Assembly (NCBI GenBank): GCA_963798465.1
Contig: CAWCTC010000001.1
Coordinates: forward strand, 68,315-132,314
Direction: 5' to 3'
Length of the DNA stretch: 64,000 bases
DNA from: an uncultured bacterium
Lineage (GTDB): Bacteria > Patescibacteriota > Minisyncoccia > Phycocordibacterales > GWA1-40-21
Shown piece by piece: positions 9,119 through 17,221 of the stretch. Under the pieces are notes generated by a model. It was not told where the DNA came from and did not search any database. It saw only the letters and a program-made list of their open reading frames with translations. Every line of letters begins with the position of its first letter. The first letter of the stretch is position 1. The position numbers were made by a program, and so were the translations under genes.

Positions 9119-9260
9119 CTTAATATCGTTTTTTAAAAGCAAACTGAAAAAATATTTTTATGCAAGCTTCCACATTTTTCCATCTATAGAAGTATGAAAC
9201 TAAACATGATAAAATCTATGCTGTAAGCCCATGCAGTATGGAAACTCGGTAAGAAAAAGC

Positions 9261-11063
9261 ATGATTAAAAATAAAAAAAATAACCGCGGATTTTCACTTG
9301 TTGAAAACTTGATTGCTCTTGGAATTTTTGCGGTGCTGGCGGTTGCAATATATCAGACTTCCACCCTGCTCGTTAAAACTGTCAGCGCATATCGCCAAAA
9401 TGTCAGCATCTCCAGCCTCGCCGATGAATATATGGAAATAGTCCACAACTTGCCATATTCGAGCGTTGGAACTTTAAGCGGAAATCCGCATGGAAATCTT
9501 CCAGACTTGCCGAATGCGTATAATGTAAATGTAGACAGCATAAAATACCAAATTTACTATGTGGTCAATTATATTGATGATCCGGCAGACGGAACTGCTT
9601 TGGCCGGAACAGATTTTGCTCCAGATGATTATAAGCAAGTCAAACTTTATATAAAAAATTCAAGTTCAGGACAAATATACAATTTTGTCACGAACATTGT
9701 GCCAAAGGGACTGGAAGGTTTAGAAAACGGCGGAGCACTCTCAATCGAGGTTTTTAATGCCGTCGGACAGCCTGTGCCGAATGCCACAATAAATATTACA
9801 AACACAAGCATAACGCCGAATATAAATCTTACCAGAACAACAGACGCAAATGGAAATTGGATTGAGGTCGGATTGCCTGACAGCGTAAGCAGCTATCATA
9901 TTACAGCGACAAAAGCCGGATACTCAAGCGACCAGACTTATCCAAGCACGCAAAGCAATCCCGATCCAGTAAAATCCGATGCAACTATCGCAAACGGACA
10001 AGTCACGCAGATCAGCTTTTCAATTGATAAATTAAGTTCGCTTTCTTTCACTACACTGGATCAAAATTGCCAGATTCTTTCCAGTATTGGAATGAATGTT
10101 AAAGGTGCAAAACTTATCGGCAGTCCCAATGTGCTAAAATTTAACAATAATTATTCCTCTGATGCCTCTGGTGCGATTTCACTTGGAACAATTGAATGGG
10201 ACAATTACACTCCAACTCTGACCGGGGCAAATTATATGATTTACGGTTCATCGCCGATACAGCAAGTCAGCATTCTACCGAATACAAACCAAAACTTTAC
10301 TTTACTTCTCGGACCAAAAACTACAAACAGCTTGCTCGTCATAGTCAAAGATGCGACAAGTTTGAATCCGATTGAAAATGCCAACGTTGAATTGCAAAAT
10401 ACTTTCTTGGACACGGATGAAAGCGAAATTACCGGAGGCAGCGTCTGGAGTTCTTCCGATTGGACCGGCGGAGGAGGCCAGATGGATTGGACGGATGAAA
10501 CAAAATATTCCGACAGTTCGGATTTGAGCGCGGATGTTTTGCCGACAGCTTTGCGTTTGCTGAGCTACGACGGCGGAATCACGTACGCCATGAGCGGAAA
10601 TCTGACTTCTTCGACTTTTGATACTGGAACAGCTTCGACAACTTGGACGACATTGAATTGGCAGCCGACTTCAAATGATCCTGCGACGCTAATCGAGTTT
10701 CAAATCGCTGTGAGCGATACGGATGACGCAAGCACGACTTGGAATTTTACCGGACCGGATGGAACAAGCGGAAGTTTTTATACGACTTCCGGAACGACAA
10801 TAAATGCGCCGGGCGCAAGATATGTCCGCTACAAAGTTTTTTTGAGCACGAATGACAGTTCAAAAACTCCCGTGCTGACAAGCGTAAATGTAAATTATGT
10901 TTCCGGATGCTATACGCCAGGACAGGTTTTCTTTCCAAGTCTGTCATCATCAAGCAACACTCCATATCAGATAACAGCAAGTGCATCAGGCTACACTACT
11001 CAAACAATCAGTCCGCTGGTTATCGACGGATATCAAACTTTGGAAATTCTAATGAGCCAATAA
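9261..11063 (+). CDS. large prepilin-type (type IV pilin-like) protein with carboxypeptidase-regulatory-like beta domains
   Basis: MIKNKKNNRG/FSLVENLIALGIFAVLAVAIY is a class III signal with G-1 and E+5. A ~590 aa Ser/Thr/Asn-rich body follows. I preferred Met at 9261 over the track start 9231. Confidence 0.8.
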   Translation: MIKNKKNNRGFSLVENLIALGIFAVLAVAIYQTSTLLVKTVSAYRQNVSISSLADEYMEIVHNLPYSSVGTLSGNPHGNLPDLPNAYNVNVDSIKYQIYYVVNYIDDPADGTALAGTDFAPDDYKQVKLYIKNSSSGQIYNFVTNIVPKGLEGLENGGALSIEVFNAVGQPVPNATINITNTSITPNINLTRTTDANGNWIEVGLPDSVSSYHITATKAGYSSDQTYPSTQSNPDPVKSDATIANGQVTQISFSIDKLSSLSFTTLDQNCQILSSIGMNVKGAKLIGSPNVLKFNNNYSSDASGAISLGTIEWDNYTPTLTGANYMIYGSSPIQQVSILPNTNQNFTLLLGPKTTNSLLVIVKDATSLNPIENANVELQNTFLDTDESEITGGSVWSSSDWTGGGGQMDWTDETKYSDSSDLSADVLPTALRLLSYDGGITYAMSGNLTSSTFDTGTASTTWTTLNWQPTSNDPATLIEFQIAVSDTDDASTTWNFTGPDGTSGSFYTTSGTTINAPGARYVRYKVFLSTNDSSKTPVLTSVNVNYVSGCYTPGQVFFPSLSSSSNTPYQITASASGYTTQTISPLVIDGYQTLEILMSQ

Positions 11064-11071
11064 AAAATAAA

Positions 11072-11695
11072 ATGATTAAAAAAAATAAAAAAGAATCAGG
11101 ATTCACTTTGATAGAAACTATGGTAGCCATATTAATTTTTACCATTTTGGCACTCGGCGTAAGCACTTTATTCACAAATATATTTATAAATTCAAAAGGG
11201 CGATTTGCAGCAATCAGCGATATAGATCAGGCTCAGATGGTGGCAACGAATTTTACAAATGAAATTCGAATCGCATCAACCGGAAATACCGGCGACTATC
11301 CGATCAACCAAGCCAGCGACACGCAAATAATTTTTTACTCAAACTACAAGCAAAGTCCGGGAATCGTGGCGCGCATACGATATTATTTGTCAGGAAAAAC
11401 ATTATACAAAGGAATTGTGATTCCTTCAGGAAGTCCGCTGTCTTACAATTTATCGCAAGAAAAAATCCAGGATGTTCAAAATGATGTTTCAAATAACGGC
11501 AAACCTATATTTTATTATTATGATGGCAACTATAACGGCAGTTCGACTCCCCTTGTCCAGCCGATCAATGTCAACCAGGTAAAATATGTAATAATGAATA
11601 TGAATATTTTGAAACAGCCGAACACATCCACGACGACATTCAATATTTCCGCCGGAGCTTCGATAAGAAATCTAAAAACCAATCTGGGAAATTAA
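11072..11695 (+). CDS. prepilin-type N-terminal cleavage/methylation domain protein (minor pilin/pseudopilin)
   Basis: MIKKNKKESG/FTLIETMVAILIFTILALG. The track ORF start at 10907 overlaps the preceding gene and was rejected. Confidence 0.8.
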   Translation: MIKKNKKESGFTLIETMVAILIFTILALGVSTLFTNIFINSKGRFAAISDIDQAQMVATNFTNEIRIASTGNTGDYPINQASDTQIIFYSNYKQSPGIVARIRYYLSGKTLYKGIVIPSGSPLSYNLSQEKIQDVQNDVSNNGKPIFYYYDGNYNGSSTPLVQPINVNQVKYVIMNMNILKQPNTSTTTFNISAGASIRNLKTNLGN

Positions 11696-11699
11696 ATTT

Positions 11700-13100
11700 A
11701 TGGAAAAAAAAATCAATCAAAAAAAAGGTTATGCACTGGTATATCTGCTCATCATTATTTTTATTTTTTCCACAATGCTCATGCCTCTCATAAATTTGGT
11801 AGTAACAGAAATGAAAGTGGCAAATTCTACGATTGACAATGAAGAGGCTCTGCAGATTGCCGATGCTGGAGCAAATTATTATCAGTGGCACCTGGCGCAT
11901 TTTCCATCCGATTACAAAGACGGAGCAAGCACTACCGGACCCTATGTGCACAATTATGTAGATTTCGATACGCAAAAAACTATCGGGCAATTCAGCCTGG
12001 TAATCACTGCGCCGACGACCGGCTCGACAATCGTCACGATAAAATCGACCGGCTCGACAATTGATAATCCGAAGATAAAAAGAACCGTCACGGTAAAATA
12101 TGGAATCCCTTCTTTGGCCCAATATGCGATATTGAACAACGGTCCTGTCTGGATTTATTATTCTCCATCGATTTTCAGCGGACAAGTCCAGTCGAATAAT
12201 GGAATACGCTTTGACGTGCAAGGCAATGCGCCGATTTCTTCCTCAAAAGCAACTTACACTTGCCCGTCTTGGCAAGACTGTCCGCAAGGAACAATGCCCG
12301 GAGTCTGGGGTTCCGGGAATTCATCCTTTTGGCAATATCCCGTGCCGGCAATTGATTTTTCTGCCTTCACTTCAAATCTAGCGAGCATAAAAAGTTTGGC
12401 GCAAAGCGGAGGAATTTATCTGCCTCCGTCAAACGCAAAAGGATATTCTTTAGTTTTCAACGGCGACGGAACCGTAAGCGTCTACAAAGTTACAAGTTTA
12501 AAATCAAATCCTTCCGGCAACACCTGGGATGTAAATATGACTTGGATAACTGAAGACGAATATACGGATTATAATAACAGGACTCTGCAATATAAAGTTT
12601 CCATACCTTCAAATGGAATTATTTATGTCGAAGACAATGTCTGGGTTGAAGGAACAGTGAACGGAAGAGTCACTGTGGCCGCTGCGACGCTTCCATATAA
12701 TTCTTTATCTGCTCCTACGATTTTTATTCCAAACAATATAGTTTACAAGGCAAAAGACGGTTCGGATGTATTGGGACTCATCGGGCAGAAAGATATTATT
12801 CCGACATATCATGCGCCGAATAATTTGGAAATCGATGCAGCAATCATTTCACAAAACAGCAGCGTGCAATTTTTCGATTATAATGGAGACATAAAAAACA
12901 ATCTCACAATCTACGGCGCAATCATAGAAGCTGGCTGGTGGTTCGACAACTTCGTGTGGACAAATGACATCGGCACAGATGTCGTATCCGGTTATCCCAA
13001 TAATTATTACAACTATGACAGCAATCTTCTCTACGGTCCTCCGCCGAGTTTCCCTTTTTCAGCTTCGGGTTATCAGCAGATAAATTGGACCAGCAATTAA
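11700..13100 (+). CDS. pilus-associated protein with N-terminal hydrophobic anchor (PilX-N-like)
   Basis: 466 aa, MEKKINQKKGYALVYLLIIIFIFSTMLMPL.., no E+5. It is located within the pseudopilin gene run. Confidence 0.5.
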   Translation: MEKKINQKKGYALVYLLIIIFIFSTMLMPLINLVVTEMKVANSTIDNEEALQIADAGANYYQWHLAHFPSDYKDGASTTGPYVHNYVDFDTQKTIGQFSLVITAPTTGSTIVTIKSTGSTIDNPKIKRTVTVKYGIPSLAQYAILNNGPVWIYYSPSIFSGQVQSNNGIRFDVQGNAPISSSKATYTCPSWQDCPQGTMPGVWGSGNSSFWQYPVPAIDFSAFTSNLASIKSLAQSGGIYLPPSNAKGYSLVFNGDGTVSVYKVTSLKSNPSGNTWDVNMTWITEDEYTDYNNRTLQYKVSIPSNGIIYVEDNVWVEGTVNGRVTVAAATLPYNSLSAPTIFIPNNIVYKAKDGSDVLGLIGQKDIIPTYHAPNNLEIDAAIISQNSSVQFFDYNGDIKNNLTIYGAIIEAGWWFDNFVWTNDIGTDVVSGYPNNYYNYDSNLLYGPPPSFPFSASGYQQINWTSN

Positions 13101-13105
13101 AAATC

Positions 13106-13483
13106 ATGGCTAAAAAATTAATAACATTATTTATAATATTTTTAATCGGTTTTTCATTCACAGCCGATTGTTCGGCAGTAATACTGGAAAATCTTCCGAC
13201 GACAGACAATTCTCCCCGGCCGATTCCAGCAGAAATAATATCCAATATGTCCACGAACAACTTTGATATCAATGTTTATAAAGCGAACCGTTATGCTTCA
13301 AGTTCAAACAACACCGTTTCGGCAAATGAAACTTCAGTTTCCAATCCAAACGGAAGCGCCGTCCAGAATAATCCTGGTGCAAAAACAACAGCCAATAATA
13401 ATTTCTGGTACTGGCTTGCTATTTACGCGCTTATAATAATTTTTGTATTATCTCTATTTTTTAAAAGAAAAAAATCTGAGTAA
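13106..13483 (+). CDS. small exported protein with C-terminal membrane anchor
   Basis: MAKKLITLFIIFLIGFSFTADCSAV signal, low-complexity middle, C-terminal WYWLAIYALIIIFVLSLFFKRKKSE. Confidence 0.5.
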   Translation: MAKKLITLFIIFLIGFSFTADCSAVILENLPTTDNSPRPIPAEIISNMSTNNFDINVYKANRYASSSNNTVSANETSVSNPNGSAVQNNPGAKTTANNNFWYWLAIYALIIIFVLSLFFKRKKSE

Positions 13484-13499
13484 AACTCTTCATCAAATT

Positions 13500-14708
13500 T
13501 TAGCTTATCGAACTCGTCAAAGAATAAATAGGTTTTATTACGGCTAACGCAAAAAATCCTACGGCAGTTCCTATGACTACCATAAGCACGGGCTCGATTA
13601 TATCCGACATGTTTTTTGTTTTTTGATCCACGGAATCTTCATAAAATGTCGCCACTTCCAAAAGCATGGCTGGAAGTCTTCCTGTTTCTTCTCCGACGAC
13701 CATCATTTCTCCGACAAATGGAGGGCATAATTTTGTGTTTTCTAAAAATACGCTTGAAATCGTTCCACCTTTTTCAACTTTGCTTTTTGCCGTAGCTAAA
13801 ATAGCCTTAAAATAATCATTTTGTATGACATCTCTTGTTATGGAAATCGATTCTTCATAAGCGACTCCAGAAGACAAAAGCGACGCTATCGTTCTCGTAA
13901 TTCTCGCGGAATTCGTTTCTTTTATCAGTTCGCCGACTACGGGAATCTTCAAAACTATGAAATCAAAAACATGCTTTCCTAGCTTTGAACGAAGAGTAAA
14001 ATATACGCCCAAATAAATAAGCAAGGCTCCGAGCAAAGTCAGCGGAATATTATTTTTCAAAAAGTCGCTCGTGCCGATCAGAACTTTGGTCATAAAGGGA
14101 AGCGGAACGTTCAGATTTGCAAGAGTGGAAGTGATTTGCGGAACGACAAATATCATCATGAGCACGCCGATAACTAGCATCACGGATAATATTACTCCAG
14201 GATATATCATTGCTCCTTTGACCTTTTCTTTTATCTTGTAGCTTCCTTCCATCTGGTTTGCGATAATTTTCAAAGATTCGGATAATTTTCCGGACTCTTC
14301 TCCTGCTTTTACCATCGAAACGAATAATTTTTCAAAAACATCCGGATATTCGGCGCAAGCTTCGCTGAGCGGCTTGCCTTTTCTTATTTCCAAACCCAAA
14401 TCTCCGATGATTCCTCTGAGTTTTTTATTCGTCACTTGATTTTCAAGAATATTCAAACCTTTGGCGAGAGGAAGCCCCGCGTTTATCATTCCGCCCAAAT
14501 TTCTAGCAAAAATTATTTTCTGCAGTTCGGGAACAGAATTAAAAAAAGGAAGGTCTATATCCCATTTTGATTTTATATTTTCAGATGCAGATATCAGAGT
14601 GTCGCCCTGTTCTTTCAACTCTTCATACAAAGCAAATTTATCGGTAGATTCTTTTATACCTTCATACTTTGTGCCATCTTTTTTAATAACCTTAATTTTA
14701 AATTTCAT
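13500..14708 (-). CDS. pilC: type IV pilus assembly platform protein PilC (GspF/T2SS-F family)
   Basis: 402 aa with duplicated T2SSF-type architecture, three TM regions and typical LPLAKGLNILENQ / TGRLPAMLLEVATFYE segments. Confidence 0.9.
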   Translation of the reverse strand: MKFKIKVIKKDGTKYEGIKESTDKFALYEELKEQGDTLISASENIKSKWDIDLPFFNSVPELQKIIFARNLGGMINAGLPLAKGLNILENQVTNKKLRGIIGDLGLEIRKGKPLSEACAEYPDVFEKLFVSMVKAGEESGKLSESLKIIANQMEGSYKIKEKVKGAMIYPGVILSVMLVIGVLMMIFVVPQITSTLANLNVPLPFMTKVLIGTSDFLKNNIPLTLLGALLIYLGVYFTLRSKLGKHVFDFIVLKIPVVGELIKETNSARITRTIASLLSSGVAYEESISITRDVIQNDYFKAILATAKSKVEKGGTISSVFLENTKLCPPFVGEMMVVGEETGRLPAMLLEVATFYEDSVDQKTKNMSDIIEPVLMVVIGTAVGFFALAVIKPIYSLTSSIS

Positions 14709-14978
14709 TTACCCGAGAAAATTTTTGCTAATGAAAAAGTTGTTTAGGACCTTTTTTATGTAATTTCTACCGTATTGTGTTTTCATATATTTTTCTCTAT
14801 TATACGCGTCTTTTGCTATTAATGTAAGCTTCATAATATATAAGTGCAAATGGGACTCTTTTCTTTGTTGAAGCAACTTTTTTGGCATTATGCAATATCA
14901 ATCTAGCTTTAATATCTTTTGTACAACCAGTATACAATTCTCCATTTTTTTACTTTGTATAATATATACATATTGCAT
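14709..14978 (-). pseudogene. GIY-YIG nuclease family gene, degraded paralogue of 16777-17046
   Basis: DNA is near-identical to 16777-17046 but has A7 instead of AAGAAAAA near 14944-14951 (-1) and AGCAAAAGAC instead of AGCAAAGAC (+1). This gives an early TGA after MQYVYIIQSKKMENCILVVQKILKLD. Confidence 0.75.
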
Positions 14979-15003
14979 AATGCATTAGCAAAAACTTTAA
15001 CGG
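14713..15003 (-). mobile_element. ~291-bp inverted-repeat-bounded GIY-YIG cassette, copy 1 (between pilB stop and pilC start)
   Basis: Ends are CCGAGAAAATTTTTGCTAAT (14713-14732) and ATTAGCAAAAACTTTAACGG (14984-15003), 16 of 19 positions complementary. It fills the whole pilB-pilC intergenic space. Confidence 0.55.
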
Positions 15004-15008
15004 GTGAA

Positions 15009-16776
15009 TTATTCCGTCACAACTCTCAAAACTTCCTCGATCGTCGTCATACCTGTAACACATTTGAATATCCCATCTTCAAGCATAGTGAGCATTCCTT
15101 CTTTTTTTGCTTGAACTTCTATTTCCTGCGAAGTCGAACCTTTCATGACGAGATCTCTTATCGCCGGAGTCATTTTTAATGTTTCATGAATTCCGATTCT
15201 TCCGGCATATCCGTCTGGCGCATCAATAGATGCTTTGGCTTTATAAAAATAAATATTTTCCCAATCGTCAGTTTTTGAAATCAGATTTTCATTCCTCAAC
15301 GTTTCCAAAACCCTATTCAAATCGACAATTTTTGCAAGAGAAGCCAATTCCGCTTTGGTCAAAAGATATTTTTCTTTTTCTTTGGTCAATTGTCTGATAA
15401 GCCTCTGAGCCAAAACGATATTTATCGTTGATACGAGAAGAAACGGCTCGATTTTCATATCCATAAGTCTTGGAATCGCTCCGGCGGCGGAATTTGTGTG
15501 CAAAGTCGAGAGCACCATGTGTCCGGTCAAAGCTGCATTCACGGCAAGAGAAGCGGTTTCATCATCTCTGATTTCTCCGACCATGATGATGTCAGGATCC
15601 TGCCTGACAAGCGAACGAAGTCCGTTTGCAAAACTGAATCCTATTTCCGGTTTTACCTGAGTCTGATTTATTCTTGCGACTTGATATTCAATCGGGTCTT
15701 CAATCGTTGCAATATTTACATCGGGAGTATTCAATACTTCCAAAATGGTATAAAGAGTGGTCGTCTTTCCGCTTCCGGTAGGTCCGGTTGTCAGAATCAT
15801 TCCATTCGCTTCTTTCATTGCATCGTGGATTCTTTCCAAATTTATTCCATGAAAACCCATGGATTCCAAAGTGTAAGCTCCGACATTTTCTCTCAGAAGA
15901 CGCATGACAGTTTTTTCTCCGAAATATGTCGGAATGATTGAAACTCTGAAAGAAACTTTTTCTCCATTGATGTCGATTTTGAATCTTCCGTCCTGAGGCA
16001 ATCTTTTTTCATCAAGCTTTAGGTTTGAAAGAACTTTTATCCTGGCAGTTATACTTTCTCCGGCATTTTTTGGAAGAATCATTGCATCATGCAAAAGCCC
16101 GTCGATTCTGTATCTGACAAGAATATCATTTTCCAGACACTCAATATGTATGTCCGAAGCATTCTGCAAAGCTGCGTGTTTCAAAAGAGTTTCTACGATG
16201 CGGATGACCGGAAGATCCTCCGCCATATTTTTCAAAGTTTCTTCGAGAGGTTCGCCTTTATTTCCAATTTCAAGATTTCCCGAGTCTTTCAGAGCTTGAA
16301 CATCTTTCTGTATCAATTCCCCGAACTCAGCTTTCAAACTTTTTTGATATTGGAGAAGCGCGCTTTTTATCGAAGCTGTGTCCGTCAGTCTTGGCAAGAA
16401 TTTTCAATCCGACTTTCTTTTTTATAAATTCTATTTCCGGCAAATCATTTATGTCAAGCATCGCGACTTCCAGAGAATCCGGATTTTTCTTGAAAGCTAC
16501 TATATTATTTTTTCTGGCAAGTGGTTCGGGAATTATCGAAAGCACGGGAAAATCGATTTTTTGATTTTTCAAATCGACAAAAGGAATTCCGGATACATAA
16601 GCCTGCGCTTTACGAAGATCATCGTCGGAAATTTTTCCCTGACTGACTAAAACTTTCTCGGGAGTATCTTTAAGCTTCCCATTTTTTATAAGACTTTCAA
16701 TATCATCATACTCAGTCTTCGTGACAAGACCTGTATCTATTAAAAAATCTTTAAGTTGTTTACTTTCTAGTGCCAT
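15009..16776 (-). pseudogene. pilB: type IV pilus assembly ATPase PilB (GspE family), one frameshift after the N-terminal domain
   Basis: ORF 16327-16776 (T2SSE N-domain) and ORF 15009-16397 (Walker A GPTGSGKTTT, IMVGEIRDDETA, TGHMVLSTLHTN) join as ...KKVGLKIL/PRLTDTASIK. One extra base near 16393-16400 breaks the frame. Confidence 0.9.
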
Positions 16777-17046
16777 TTATCCGAGAAAATTTTTGCTAAT
16801 AAAAAAGTTACTTAGGACCTTTTTGATATAATTTCTACCATATTGTGTTTTCATATATTTTTCTCTATTATACGCGTCTTTGCTATTTATGTAAGCTTCA
16901 TAGTATATAAGTGCAAATGGCGCGCTTTTTTTCGTCGATGTAACTTTTTTGGCATTATGCAATATTAATCTATTTTTTATATCCTTGGTACAACCTGTAT
17001 ATAATTCGCCATTTTTCTTACTTTGTAATACATATAGATATTGCAT
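16777..17046 (-). CDS. GIY-YIG nuclease family protein (UPF0213-like), 89 aa
   Basis: MQYLYVLQSKKNGELYTGCTKDIKNRLILHNAKK...YYEAY...NREKYMK. The stop TAA is immediately followed by the pilB ATG (TAAATG). Confidence 0.8.
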   Translation of the reverse strand: MQYLYVLQSKKNGELYTGCTKDIKNRLILHNAKKVTSTKKSAPFALIYYEAYINSKDAYNREKYMKTQYGRNYIKKVLSNFFISKNFLG

Positions 17047-17071
17047 AATGCGTTAGCAAAAACTTTAACGG
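16781..17071 (-). mobile_element. ~291-bp inverted-repeat-bounded GIY-YIG cassette, copy 2 (directly upstream of pilB)
   Basis: Same terminal inverted repeats as copy 1 (16781-16800 and 17052-17071). DNA-level repeat of 14713-15003. Confidence 0.55.
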
Positions 17072-17178
17072 ATTAATTTTCCTTATTCCTGATAATTATA
17101 TCAGAAAATAATTAAGTTCAACAGCAATTAACAGTTCACGAATTCAGAAGATATTCGGCAATGTAATTTGGCGAATTC

Positions 17179-17211
17179 AAAAGGCGGGTTTGCTTCGCAA
17201 ACCCGCCTTTT
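17179..17211 (-). terminator. terminator after the 905-aa surface protein gene
   Basis: AAAAGGCGGGTTTGC-TTC-GCAAACCCGCCTTTT. Confidence 0.7.
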
Positions 17212-17221
17212 GAATTTTCTT

